Positions 17,639 to 28,751 of a stretch of 64,000 nt of DNA are shown piece after piece. The stretch is taken from positions 182-64,181 of the forward strand of contig CAZVYJ010000011.1 of assembly GCA_964631565.1 (NCBI GenBank), given 5' to 3'. The stretch's first letter is position 1, and each line of letters begins with the position of its first letter. This stretch comes from an uncultured Planctomycetaceae bacterium. GTDB taxonomy: Bacteria; Planctomycetota; Phycisphaerae; SM23-33. The notes under the pieces are model-generated. The model saw nothing but the letters and a program-made list of their open reading frames with translations. It was not told the DNA's origin and searched no databases. The translations under genes and the position numbers were made by a program.

Positions 17639-19063
17639 ATGGGCTTTTCTCGGCCGCAGACGGACAGGCAGGTTCAGGTTGGTATGTCGGTTCTGGTTCA
17701 TAGAAGTGTAACACGCACTCTGTTTTCGATGGCTCTCCCGATGTTGGCCGGCACGTTCGCGATGAACGCGTACAACCTCACGGACACGTGGTTCGTGTCG
17801 CGGCTGGGCACGCTGCCGCTGGCTGCGATGGGGTTCACGCTTCCCGTCGTCATGCTGCTGACGTTTGTGGCCGGCGGCATCGGCACGGGCGTTACGACGC
17901 TGGTATCCCACGCGATAGGCCGACACGATCGCGACGACGCAGCCACGCTGGTTACGCACGGCCTGCTCATGATATTGAGCGTGACGGCGGTCATATCCAT
18001 TGTCGGATATCTTACCATCGGCCCGGTCTTCAGAAAGCTCGGCGCCGACACTGAAACGCTGCCTCTGGTCAGGCAGTACATGAGCATCTGGTACATGGGC
18101 GCGATATCGATGTCGCTGCCGCACGTCGGCAACGGAATACTCATTTCCATGGGCGACTCGCGATCGGCGAGTGCGCTTATGATCCTCGGAACGGTCCTGA
18201 ACACGATTCTCGACCCTATAATGATATTCGGCCTGCTCGGCTTCCCGGCGATGGGGATGTCGGGGGCGGCCCTTGCGACGGTGATTTCGCAGGCCGTTTC
18301 CATGTTCTGGCTTCTGTACCTGCTTTACAGGAAGCATCGCCTGCTGACGTTCAGAAGATACGCACTCGGTGAGTACCTGGTTTCGTTCGGCAGGATAGTC
18401 AAATTCGCCGTGCCGAGCATACTGAGCATGATGCTCATGCCGATATCGGCCGCCGTAATAACCAGACTCCTGAGCGGCTTCGGCAACGAGGCCGTCGCCG
18501 CCGCCGGCGCGTCCGGCCGAATCGAAATGTTCGCGTTCGTCGTGCCGATGGCGCTCGGGATATCGCTTACGCCGTTCATCAGCCAGAATTTCGGCGCTGG
18601 ACGAGTCGACCGCATACGCGAGGCGTACAAGGTGGCCTGCCGCTTCGCCGTCTGTTACGGCGGATTCATAGCCGTGGTGTTTTTTCTGTGCGCCCGCTGG
18701 CTGGCGGGGTTCTTCAGCGATGATCCGAAAGTCGTCGATGTAATCGTCTCATACATAAGGATCATTTCGTTCGGCTACGGCATGATGGAAGTGCACAGGT
18801 ATTGCGGGTTCATTTTCACCGGCCTGCACAAACCCGCCTCGGCGACTGTCCTGAACGCCATCAGGGTCATGGTGCTGCTGATTCCGCTTTCATGCCTCGG
18901 GGCGCACTTCTGGGGCGCCATTGGCGTGTTCTGGGGCCGCCTGGCGACGGATATTACTGTCGGCGGCATCGGACTGGCGTGGGTGTATTGCTATCTCCGC
19001 AAGGTTCAGCCGGCGACGGGCGATACCACGCCGATTTACCAGGACGTGAATGCCTTGGAGTGA
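17639..19063 (+). CDS. MATE family efflux transporter
   Basis: multiple hydrophobic helices; YNLTDTWFVSRLGTLPLAAMG, NTILDPIMIFG...GAALATVISQ motifs; start uncertain (17639 or 17684). Confidence 0.9.
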   Translation: MGFSRPQTDRQVQVGMSVLVHRSVTRTLFSMALPMLAGTFAMNAYNLTDTWFVSRLGTLPLAAMGFTLPVVMLLTFVAGGIGTGVTTLVSHAIGRHDRDDAATLVTHGLLMILSVTAVISIVGYLTIGPVFRKLGADTETLPLVRQYMSIWYMGAISMSLPHVGNGILISMGDSRSASALMILGTVLNTILDPIMIFGLLGFPAMGMSGAALATVISQAVSMFWLLYLLYRKHRLLTFRRYALGEYLVSFGRIVKFAVPSILSMMLMPISAAVITRLLSGFGNEAVAAAGASGRIEMFAFVVPMALGISLTPFISQNFGAGRVDRIREAYKVACRFAVCYGGFIAVVFFLCARWLAGFFSDDPKVVDVIVSYIRIISFGYGMMEVHRYCGFIFTGLHKPASATVLNAIRVMVLLIPLSCLGAHFWGAIGVFWGRLATDITVGGIGLAWVYCYLRKVQPATGDTTPIYQDVNALE

Positions 19064-19199
19064 TTGCTGCTCAGCTCCTGCGGCTATACCATCATCTTCC
19101 CGCCGGAAAATGCCCTAGCCTATGGACGCAAGGCCCGCCTTGGGATATTTTTAAGTGTCTAACCGGTGGGAAAAAGGTCTGTTTTAGAAGGCAAGGGCA

Positions 19200-20036
19200 A
19201 TGGTTATTATTGAGCCGCATATTCATATGTACTCCCGCACGACGGACGATTACCAGGCGATGTACGCCGCCGGCATCCGGGCGTGCGTCGAGCCGTCGTT
19301 CTGGCTGGGCACGAATCGCAGATACGCGGGCACGTTCTGGGATTACTTCCAGCTCATCCTCGAGTTCGAGACCGTCCGCGCGAAGCGGTTCGGCATCGAC
19401 CATTTCGTCGCGGTTTCGGTGAATCCCAAGGAGGCCGAGGACACCGGCCTGGTTGACGAGGTAATCGCAGGCATGGACCAGTACATTGACCACCCGCGAT
19501 GCGTCGCCATCGGCGAAATCGGCTTCAACAACATAACGCCCAACGAGGAGCGCGCGTTCGTCAAGCAGCTTGAAATCGCCCGCAAGCGCAGGCTACCGGT
19601 CATCGTCCACACGCCGCACGTCGATAAGCTGCGCGGCACGCTGCGGATTATCGACATCCTCCGCGAACAGAAGATGGACAGCCCGCAGGTCATCATCGAC
19701 CACAACACCGAGGACACGATAGCCGCCTCGATGAAAACGCAGTGCTTCGTCGGCATGACGGTTTACCCGATATCCAAGCTTACGCCGCAGCGCGTCTCGG
19801 CGATGGTGAAGCAGTACGGTCCCGAGCGTGTCATCGTCAACGGCTCGGCCGACTGGGGAATTTCCGATCCGCTCAGTCTGCCGAAGGTCGTCGAGTTTAT
19901 GGGCCGCGACGGCCACGACGCCGAAACTGTTCAGCGGCTGGTCTTCGGCAACGCGATGGCGTTCTACAGCCAGACGCCCAAGTGGAAGCCGAACTTCGAC
20001 CTGAAACCCGTCGATCCCCGGGAGTTTCAACGGTAG
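19200..20036 (+). CDS. eboB: TatD-like metal-dependent hydrolase (EboB-like)
   Basis: EPHIHMYSRTTDDYQAM..EPSFWLG, AIGEIG, VHTPH, SADWG motifs; ebo context. Confidence 0.85.
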   Translation: MVIIEPHIHMYSRTTDDYQAMYAAGIRACVEPSFWLGTNRRYAGTFWDYFQLILEFETVRAKRFGIDHFVAVSVNPKEAEDTGLVDEVIAGMDQYIDHPRCVAIGEIGFNNITPNEERAFVKQLEIARKRRLPVIVHTPHVDKLRGTLRIIDILREQKMDSPQVIIDHNTEDTIAASMKTQCFVGMTVYPISKLTPQRVSAMVKQYGPERVIVNGSADWGISDPLSLPKVVEFMGRDGHDAETVQRLVFGNAMAFYSQTPKWKPNFDLKPVDPREFQR

Positions 20037-20041
20037 CGGCC

Positions 20042-20956
20042 GTGGATACCCCTCGCACAAACCGGCTGTTGAGCAATAGCTGGCTGCAGCTTCTTCGCGT
20101 GCCGAACCTGCTGACGGTTCCGGGCGACCCGCTGGCCGGTGGGCTGCTTGCGATGGCGGCCGGCGCTAGCGGGGCGGGATCGCTTCAGTTTGCGGCGGCG
20201 GCCGGCGCATCGCTGCTGCTGTATTCCGGCGGGCTTATTCAGAACGATTACTTCGATTTGGCCGAGGACCGCATCGAGCGGCCAAATCGGCCTTTGCCAT
20301 CCGGCAGGGTAAATCCCAAAGTTGCAATCTTCGTTGCGTTCGCGCTGGCGGTCGCAGGCGTGTGCCTTGCAGGGGCCGCTTCGGTCGCCGGCGGCGCAGC
20401 GGCTGCGGCTGTGCTTGTCGTAATGACGCTTTACAACGCCGGCCTCAAACGTGTCCGAATCGTCGGGCCGATTTTCATGGGCGTATGTCGCGGCCTGAGC
20501 CTGATGATAGGCGCGGGCCTGTTCGGCTGGGCTGCGATGTGCGAATTGCCGGTAATAATCTCTGCGGCCGGCCTGGCTGTGTTCATCGCCGCGGTTACCG
20601 CAATCGCATCGCGCGAGACGCAGACGATCCGCGTCGGCCTGCTTCGCTGGCTGCCGGCTGCCGTGATTGCGGCGTGGCTGGCCGGGCTGACCGTACTGCT
20701 GCCAAATGCGGCGTGGATTTCCGCGACGATGGCCTCTATTGCCGTCCTGTGGGTTGTATACTGTGTGCTGCCGCTTAAGGCCTCCCCCGCGCCGGCTGTC
20801 GTACAGAAGACAATCGGCCGGCTCATCGGCGGGCTGCTGCCGATTCAGGCAGCCGTCGCCGTGCACGCGATTCCGGCGGGCCTGTTCGTCGCGGCGGCGC
20901 TTGTGCTGGCCTGGCCGGTTGCCAGACTATTGGCGAAACGATTCTACGCGAGCTGA
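20042..20956 (+). CDS. eboC: UbiA family prenyltransferase (EboC-like)
   Basis: LQLLRVPNLLTVPGD, NDYFDLAEDRIERPNRPLPSG; GTG start inferred. Confidence 0.85.
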   Translation: MDTPRTNRLLSNSWLQLLRVPNLLTVPGDPLAGGLLAMAAGASGAGSLQFAAAAGASLLLYSGGLIQNDYFDLAEDRIERPNRPLPSGRVNPKVAIFVAFALAVAGVCLAGAASVAGGAAAAAVLVVMTLYNAGLKRVRIVGPIFMGVCRGLSLMIGAGLFGWAAMCELPVIISAAGLAVFIAAVTAIASRETQTIRVGLLRWLPAAVIAAWLAGLTVLLPNAAWISATMASIAVLWVVYCVLPLKASPAPAVVQKTIGRLIGGLLPIQAAVAVHAIPAGLFVAAALVLAWPVARLLAKRFYAS

Positions 20957-20975
20957 TTACGAGGACACTTGTACA

Positions 20976-22262
20976 TTGAAAAAACTTCTGGTCATCCAGG
21001 TTGCCGCTCTGGGCTACAGGCTGCTTGAAGAAAACGGCAAGCTTGTCTGGGAGGATATGGAATTCCGCCCGGCCGCCAGCGTGCTGCCGGCCGTCACGTG
21101 CAGCGTGCAGGCGAGCTTCCGCACGGCGACTCAGCCGGGGCGGCACGGCATGGTGGCCAACGGGCTTTTCTTCCGCCAGCTCGGCAGGACCGCGTTCTGG
21201 GAGCAGTCGTCGCGGCTGGTGGAAGGGCCGCGGATATGGGAGCAGTTCCGCGCCGCCGGCGGAAAAGTCGGGATGATGTTCTGGCAGCAGTCCATGGGCG
21301 AGGATGTCGACCTGCTCCTGACGCCGGCGCCGATTCACAAGCATCACGGCGGAATGATACAGGACTGCTGCTGCCGCCCGGCCGGCCTTTACAAAAAGCT
21401 CTGCGACGCGGTCGGAAGCAGCTTCAGGCTGCGGCACTACTGGGGGCCGCTCGCATCGGCGAAGGCCGGCGACTGGATAGCAGCCGCCACTGAAGCGGTC
21501 CTGCGCGACCGCGAGACGGCGCCGCATCTTCTGCTGACATACCTGCCGAGCCTCGATTACGACCTCCAGCGTTTCGGCCCGCATCACGAAAAGAGCCGCG
21601 CCTCGCTCAGTCAAACTCTTCAGCAGCTCGCGCGGATGAAGGCAGCCGCACGCGACGAAGGCTATGACGTGCTGATATTCGGCGACTACGCGATAGACGA
21701 TGTCAGCGAGGCGGTCTTCCCGAACGTCGCGCTGCTGGAAGCCGGCCTGATGACCGCACGCGACGTTCGTGGTATGCTGTATGCCGACCTGCACGCGAGC
21801 AGGGCGTTTGCGGTGGTCGACCATCAGGTCGCCAACGTGTACGTTCGCGACGTGTCCGATGTGCGGAAGGTGCGCCAGACGCTGGAGCAGCTTGACGGCG
21901 TCGCCGAGGTGCTGGACCGCAGCGAGCAGACTGCCCGCGGCCTGGGCCACGCCAACAGCGGCGAGCTTCTGCTGCTTGCCGGGCCTGACTGCTGGCTGGC
22001 GTATCCGTGGTGGCGAGAAAACAGGCGCAGGCCGGACTACGCGACGCACGTGGACATCCACGCCAAGCCCGGCTACGACCCGTGCGAGCTGTTTTTCGGC
22101 TGGCCGCCGCCGTCGGTCAGTATGAACGTGGAAAAAATCCGTGGTTCACACGGTTTGAATGGCCCCGGCCGGGAGGCGGCCTGGGCGACGACGCTGCCCG
22201 CCGATGCCTGCACGATTGTGGAGCTGGCTGAAGCGGTCAAGCGATATCTGGAACAGACGTGA
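20976..22262 (+). CDS. eboF: alkaline phosphatase / nucleotide pyrophosphatase family protein (EboF-like)
   Basis: LPAVTCSVQASFRT, HGMVANG, YLPSLDYDLQRFGP, AFAVVDHQVANVY, IRGSHG; TTG start after GAGGA. Confidence 0.85.
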   Translation: MKKLLVIQVAALGYRLLEENGKLVWEDMEFRPAASVLPAVTCSVQASFRTATQPGRHGMVANGLFFRQLGRTAFWEQSSRLVEGPRIWEQFRAAGGKVGMMFWQQSMGEDVDLLLTPAPIHKHHGGMIQDCCCRPAGLYKKLCDAVGSSFRLRHYWGPLASAKAGDWIAAATEAVLRDRETAPHLLLTYLPSLDYDLQRFGPHHEKSRASLSQTLQQLARMKAAARDEGYDVLIFGDYAIDDVSEAVFPNVALLEAGLMTARDVRGMLYADLHASRAFAVVDHQVANVYVRDVSDVRKVRQTLEQLDGVAEVLDRSEQTARGLGHANSGELLLLAGPDCWLAYPWWRENRRRPDYATHVDIHAKPGYDPCELFFGWPPPSVSMNVEKIRGSHGLNGPGREAAWATTLPADACTIVELAEAVKRYLEQT

Positions 22263-22266
22263 CGTT

Positions 22267-23526
22267 ATGACAGACGATTCTTCGAAGCGAGACGGCGGGC
22301 GATTCCCGGCCGACATGTTCATGCAGCATATATCCGTGCCGTTCGAGTACCCGGTCTGCTTTACGCGGCGGATATTCGACGCGTCTAATCCTCTGCTGGC
22401 CGACGTAATCGACCGCCTGAAGGAAGACCGCCGCCATCGCGCGGTGGTGTATATCGACGCCGGACTGGCCGCCGCAAATCCGCAGCTTTCCGAAGACATC
22501 AAGGAATATTTCCACGCCCGCGGCCACGAGAAAAAGCTCGAGATTGCCGCTCCGCCGGTCGTGGTTCCCGGCGGCGAGCAGGCCAAGAACGACTGGGCGC
22601 CGGTCCGAGAAATTCTCTGGACCATCGGCAATCTGCACCTGGACCGCAAGAGTTTCGTCATCGCCGTCGGCGGCGGCAGCATGCTGGACATGGTGGGCTT
22701 CGCGGCGTCGATTGTGCATCGCGGGCTGCGGATTATCCGCGTGCCCTCGACGACGCTCGCGCAGGACGACGCCGGCCTGGGCGTGAAAACCGGCATGAAC
22801 GAGCACGGCGCGAAAAACTTCGTCGGCACGATGGCGCCGCCGTTCGCCGTGCTGAACGACTTCTCGCTGCTTTCGACGCTCTCGCTGAAAGACTGGGTGG
22901 GCGGGGTGGCCGAGGCGTTCAAGGTCGCCATTATAAAGGATTCGGAATTTTTCGATTTCCTCTGCGAAAAAGCCGCAGCCTTCCGCGACCGCCGGGCGGA
23001 ACCGATGGAGCAGCTTATACGCCGCTGCGCCATGCTGCACCTGCGCCACATAAGGGACGGCGGCGATCCGTTCGAGTTCGGCTCGGCAAGGCCGCTTGAC
23101 TTCGGCCACTGGGCGGCCCACAAGCTGGAAGTGATGTCCGACTATTCGATGGGTCACGGGCAGGCGGTAGCCGTCGGCATCGCGGTCGATTCGTATTACG
23201 CGATGAAGCAGGGGCTCATCAGCCCGGCCGATTTCGACCGCATCATCACCGGGCTGCTCGAAAGCGGCCTGCCGGTCTGGTGCGAGCAGCTTTCCATGCG
23301 CGGAGGCGACGGCGAGCTTGTCGTGCTGGACGGGCTGGCGCAGTTCCGCGAGCATCTCGGCGGCAGCCTGTGCGTAACGCTGCCGGACGGCATCGGAAAC
23401 AAAATCGAGGTGCACCACGTCGACACCGATATCGTCGAGCAGGCCGTCGAGTATCTGAAGTCCAAAACGAAGGCGGCCGCGAAAACCGGCGCGGGTTCCA
23501 ACGCGAAAAACCGCGGAAAGGACTGA
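22267..23526 (+). CDS. eboD: 3-dehydroquinate-synthase-like sugar phosphate cyclase (EboD-like)
   Basis: VPGGEQAKN, GGGSMLDMVGFAA, PSTTLAQDDAGLGVK, RPLDFGHWAAHKLE. Confidence 0.85.
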   Translation: MTDDSSKRDGGRFPADMFMQHISVPFEYPVCFTRRIFDASNPLLADVIDRLKEDRRHRAVVYIDAGLAAANPQLSEDIKEYFHARGHEKKLEIAAPPVVVPGGEQAKNDWAPVREILWTIGNLHLDRKSFVIAVGGGSMLDMVGFAASIVHRGLRIIRVPSTTLAQDDAGLGVKTGMNEHGAKNFVGTMAPPFAVLNDFSLLSTLSLKDWVGGVAEAFKVAIIKDSEFFDFLCEKAAAFRDRRAEPMEQLIRRCAMLHLRHIRDGGDPFEFGSARPLDFGHWAAHKLEVMSDYSMGHGQAVAVGIAVDSYYAMKQGLISPADFDRIITGLLESGLPVWCEQLSMRGGDGELVVLDGLAQFREHLGGSLCVTLPDGIGNKIEVHHVDTDIVEQAVEYLKSKTKAAAKTGAGSNAKNRGKD

Positions 23527-23528
23527 CC

Positions 23529-24779
23529 GTGCTCATCCAGGCCAGCCCGCCGCTGCACTTGACCTACTGCCTGAATATCCATCCGGGCGAAAGCTGGCCG
23601 GAGGCATTCGACGCCATCAAGAACCACGCACTGCGCATTCGCGACATGCTCGCACGTGGCGGGGCGTTCGGCCTGGGGCTTCGTCTCAGCGCGCAGGCGG
23701 CTGCACATCTGGCCGACTCGCGTACGCTGGCGGAATTCCGCGATTTTCTGAAACGAGAGAACCTTTACGTATTCACGATTAACGGTTTTCCATATGGGCA
23801 GTTTCACGCCGCAGCCGTCAAGGAAAACGTCTACCGCCCCGACTGGGAAGACCGCCGCCGCCGCGATTACACCATTCAGCTTGCCGACATACTCGCCGCC
23901 ATTCTGCCGGAAGGCGTGCCGGGCAGCATCTCGACCGTGCCGTGCTCGTACAAGGCGTGGATAGATTCGACGCGTCAGGTGGCGGCGATGGCGGCAGCGC
24001 TGGCTGGCGCCGCGGCGCACCTCGCCGAGATAAAAAACAGGACCGGTAGCGATATCTGCCTCGCACTTGAGCCCGAACCGGACTGCTTCCTCGCCAAGAC
24101 CGCCGACGTGCTGGCGTTTTTCGCCGGGCCTCTGCGCGAGCGAGGCGGGCAGGAATGCATCCGCCAGCATATCGGCGTCTGCGTCGACACGGCCCACTGC
24201 GCGGTCGAGTTTGAAAGCCCGGCCGACAGCATTAGAAAACTTCAGCAGGCTGGCATACGCATCGCCAAGGTGCAGCTAAGCGCAGCACTGCGGGCGGCCG
24301 CGACGGAAGAATCGCTGCGGCGGCTGGGCGAGTTCTGCGACGAGGTTTATCTGCATCAGGTCAAAATCCGCGGCCGCGGCGGGGCGGTGCGGTCGTTCCG
24401 CGACCTGCCCGACGCGCTGGCGTTATATCAGTGCTCAAATGGCGGGTGGCCCGTACGGGTTGCCCCAGAAGAGCGAACACGGCTTGCGAGCAAGCCGTGG
24501 CACCCTCAAATCAGGTCTGACAGAGCACCGGCGGACGGCGGCGAGATTCGCGTGCATTTCCACGTGCCGCTGTTCTGGGAACCGACCGGCCCGGCCGGTG
24601 CGGTAGGCTCGACTGCGGACCTGCTGGACGACGATTTCTTCAGCCTGCTGCGGGCAGGCGCGAGCGGCAATCTGGAGATTGAAACCTACACGTTCGACGT
24701 GCTGCCGGCCGACATCCGCTCAGCCGACGTCGCCGAGTCTATCGCGGCCGAGTACCGCTGGGTTCTCAACCAGTTGTAA
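23529..24779 (+). CDS. eboE: EboE family TIM-barrel metabolite traffic protein with a 34 aa insertion
   Basis: LTYCLNIHPGESW, YVFTINGFPYGQFH, VKENVYRPDW, ALEPEPDC, RVHFHVPLF, LEIETYT. Confidence 0.9.
   Translation: MLIQASPPLHLTYCLNIHPGESWPEAFDAIKNHALRIRDMLARGGAFGLGLRLSAQAAAHLADSRTLAEFRDFLKRENLYVFTINGFPYGQFHAAAVKENVYRPDWEDRRRRDYTIQLADILAAILPEGVPGSISTVPCSYKAWIDSTRQVAAMAAALAGAAAHLAEIKNRTGSDICLALEPEPDCFLAKTADVLAFFAGPLRERGGQECIRQHIGVCVDTAHCAVEFESPADSIRKLQQAGIRIAKVQLSAALRAAATEESLRRLGEFCDEVYLHQVKIRGRGGAVRSFRDLPDALALYQCSNGGWPVRVAPEERTRLASKPWHPQIRSDRAPADGGEIRVHFHVPLFWEPTGPAGAVGSTADLLDDDFFSLLRAGASGNLEIETYTFDVLPADIRSADVAESIAAEYRWVLNQL
24429..24530. repeat. 102 bp palindromic REP/MITE-like element inserted in frame in eboE
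   Basis: Terminal IR CAGTGCTC / GAGCACCG, internal CCCGTACGGG and CACGGCTTGC-GA-GCAAGCCGTG; length is a multiple of 3 and falls on codon boundaries. Confidence 0.6.
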
Positions 24780-25403
24780 CGCTTTAAATGGCTGCTTCGT
24801 GAGAAGCCTGGCCGGAAGGAAGCTTTTGATCACCGCCATCACCAGTATTATGAGAGCGATTGCCATCAATATTAATATGCCGACATTATTCAGACTTGTC
24901 GCCAGGTCCTCACTTTGATTCGACATCATGATGGCGAGTCTGGGCAGTTGAAAAACAATATGTATTGACATCGTAATGAATGCGGCCGGCGCCGGGCTTT
25001 TTCTCGCCCATAGGGCGAGGCCCGTGAAGGCCATAGCCAACATGCCTGTGCCTCCGGCGTTTATCAGGATAACCAGGACATATTTGGCGCCATCCTGCCC
25101 GTGTATATGGGAAAGCTCATTGAAAGCGAAAAAAAAGCTGACCAGTGAGCCTGTGGCCATCAGTATCGCGGCAGCCAGGATTATTTTAGAAACGGCGGAG
25201 GCTTTCTTCTGTTCACGTAGCTTCCTGGCCAGTTTTACGTTGATTTGCGAGGAGGTGGTTTCTGACGCCGTCGCAGCGGCGTCAAGCTCCTGGTCGGAAA
25301 TATCCGCCATGATCCCGCCGCACTTTTCGCAAAAGGCGGCGCTAAGCCTGTTTTCACTCCCGCAGTGCGGACAATTGACTGTTGGCATGCTTTTGCTCCC
25401 CAT
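24720..25403 (-). CDS. zinc-ribbon domain membrane protein, paralog A
   Basis: CPHC..CEKC followed by about four hydrophobic helices; 3' end overlaps eboE by 60 bp. Confidence 0.75.
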   Translation of the reverse strand: MGSKSMPTVNCPHCGSENRLSAAFCEKCGGIMADISDQELDAAATASETTSSQINVKLARKLREQKKASAVSKIILAAAILMATGSLVSFFFAFNELSHIHGQDGAKYVLVILINAGGTGMLAMAFTGLALWARKSPAPAAFITMSIHIVFQLPRLAIMMSNQSEDLATSLNNVGILILMAIALIILVMAVIKSFLPARLLTKQPFKALQLVENPAVLGRDRLGDVG

Positions 25404-25424
25404 AAAAAGTTTGCGGTTGCAGCT

Positions 25425-26024
25425 TCATCCGGCCGATTTTGGATCAGCGTCACCTTTGGATTGCCTTTGTCCTATGCTGCTGATTGCGACTGCCCATACC
25501 AAGACCATTAAAAGGACAATCGCCCAAAAATTTTCTCCACTACCTGTCTGTATTTCGGATTCTCTGGTCCATTTCCTGGCAATGACAATGAACCTGGCCA
25601 GTTGAAATACGGCTCCAATTATCAGTCCGCAGCATGAGGCGGCAAGCGGTTTTCTCCGAGCCCAGAAGGCCAGGCCTGTGAATGCGACGGCCAGGACGCC
25701 CATACCGCCGGCATCTGCAAGCAGAAACAATGCGTTCGCAACGTAATCGTTTTGAGTGGTTGTTTCTATATAGAAGCATTTGCTGGTAACAAGCAGGAAG
25801 TTTATAAGTGAAATTGCAATACATATTGCCGCAGCAGCCGCTAAGGCGCATGGCGCCGCGCCGCGTCTTTTTGCTATCCTTCGTTGTATCGTGCCGGGCA
25901 ACTCATCTGGCGCATATCGGAAGTCGGCACCGCAATTACTGCATACATCAACTTCAGCCGGGATTGGTTTGCCGCAATATGGACAGTCGAACTCTTCCGA
26001 TCCTGGCATTTTTGTGCTCCCCAT
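25425..26024 (-). CDS. zinc-ribbon domain membrane protein, paralog B
   Basis: CPYC..CSNC; shares GGxGxLAxAFTGLAxWARK with paralog A. Confidence 0.75.
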   Translation of the reverse strand: MGSTKMPGSEEFDCPYCGKPIPAEVDVCSNCGADFRYAPDELPGTIQRRIAKRRGAAPCALAAAAAICIAISLINFLLVTSKCFYIETTTQNDYVANALFLLADAGGMGVLAVAFTGLAFWARRKPLAASCCGLIIGAVFQLARFIVIARKWTRESEIQTGSGENFWAIVLLMVLVWAVAISSIGQRQSKGDADPKSAG

Positions 26025-26347
26025 AAGTTAAAAGTTACAATTTCTGCGGCCGACTTCCCGTTAAACCTGAGACTTGAATTGTGCTGACGGGGAGAGTTTA
26101 CCGCCATTACGCCCCGTTGCAAACAAGAAGTTTTGGATACTTCAGGGTATACCGGCAGTTATGACGGGGCAGGCGGTTTCGGCGGGAGAAAGCTTTTCTG
26201 GAACAGTGTTCGGCAGTGGCAAGCGGACTGGGTGGGACTGCGGCCTTTCGGCCTTTTATAAGTGACGGTTTGCCGCGGCCCTTACGGGAAGCGGCGGGGC
26301 GGTTAATTCCCTGAATTAAAAAAGTTGCGCAATATGCCAAAAACCTT

Positions 26348-26375
26348 TTGACACCCTTTTGGGGAAATGTATAGT
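26348..26375 (+). promoter_or_regulatory. promoter of the tRNA-Thr/tuf operon
   Basis: TTGACA(26348-26353)-N16-TATAGT(26370-26375). Confidence 0.7.
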
Positions 26376-26465
26376 AAACGGTCCGTTTCACGCGGCGATG
26401 GTGGCGGTGTACCCATACACGTTAGTGTAGTTAAGTCGCTTGCGCGCCTCAGTTGCACGTGAGGT

Positions 26466-26537
<72 letters not shown>

Positions 26538-26726
26538 TTGTTGACGGAACGGGTCGTTCGGCCGGCGACGTGAGCCTGCCGGGCGGCATGTTTTGTTTTG
26601 GTTTGTTGGGTGAACGACGCTGACGTCCGGCGCGGCCGGCGGAATTCGGCAGCGGCGGGCGATTTCCCAACTCGGAAATACACAGGAACAGTTGACACAG
26701 AATACGGCAAAAAGAGGAGCACGATA

Positions 26727-27932
<1,206 letters not shown>

Positions 27933-27938
27933 TACCCG

Positions 27939-28106
27939 ATGGCCAAGTCGAAGGCCCGTGAATACGTATGGCTTCAGTGCGGCGACTGCGGTTCGCTGAA
28001 CTACAGGACCGACGTCCGCGTGACGGGCGGCGCGCCCAAGCTCTCGATGAACAAATATTGTCCTCGCGAGCGCAAGCACACGACGCACAAGCTTAAGAGA
28101 AAATAA
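27939..28106 (+). CDS. rpmG: 50S ribosomal protein L33
   Basis: 55 aa, below ORF-track cutoff: MAKSKAREYVWLQCGDCGSLNYRT...KYCPRERKHTTHKLKRK. Confidence 0.95.
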   Translation: MAKSKAREYVWLQCGDCGSLNYRTDVRVTGGAPKLSMNKYCPRERKHTTHKLKRK

Positions 28107-28159
28107 CGCATAACCAGCCCCGGTCCGCGGGCCTACCCCGTCCGCTGTCTGAGGGTGAT

Positions 28160-28232
<73 letters not shown>

Positions 28233-28318
28233 ATGAGTGCGGCGAGGAAGGCTGTCGAACCCATGGGACATGCGGTGCCGACCGGCTCGGCGCCATAGAG
28301 AATAAAGGACCACGGATC

Positions 28319-28714
28319 GTGTCAAAGCTGCATTGGTACAAAAAGGGACAGGGCAAGTATACGCGAAGCGTCACGTTCATAAGCGTGATGGCTCTGACGA
28401 TGCTTGGCGCTGCGGCCCTCAGCAACCAGCTGCGAACCGTATTCAACAGCGCTTATCTGCAGTTCGGCATCCCCACCGCGGTGGTGCTGCTGATGGCGAT
28501 GTTCATGTTCTGGATGGTGAACAGGCCGAAAACCGCGGACTTCCTTATCGCCACCGAAGGCGAGATGAAGAAGGTTTCCTGGTCCAACAGGAAAGAAGTA
28601 GTCGGCTCGACCAAGGTCGTCATCGTTACGACGTTCATGCTGGCGGCGATTCTGTTCGCCGTGGACATGGCGTTTACGGTCTTGTTCAGGGCGATTGGAA
28701 TTTCCGGCACCTAA
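28319..28714 (+). CDS. secE: preprotein translocase subunit SecE
   Basis: WYKKGQGKYTR, DFLIATEGEMKKVSW; GTG start inferred because the longer ORF overlaps the tRNA. Confidence 0.9.
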   Translation: MSKLHWYKKGQGKYTRSVTFISVMALTMLGAAALSNQLRTVFNSAYLQFGIPTAVVLLMAMFMFWMVNRPKTADFLIATEGEMKKVSWSNRKEVVGSTKVVIVTTFMLAAILFAVDMAFTVLFRAIGISGT

Positions 28715-28751
28715 GACACGAAGACCGTTTTTGAGAAGAGAGAAAATCACC

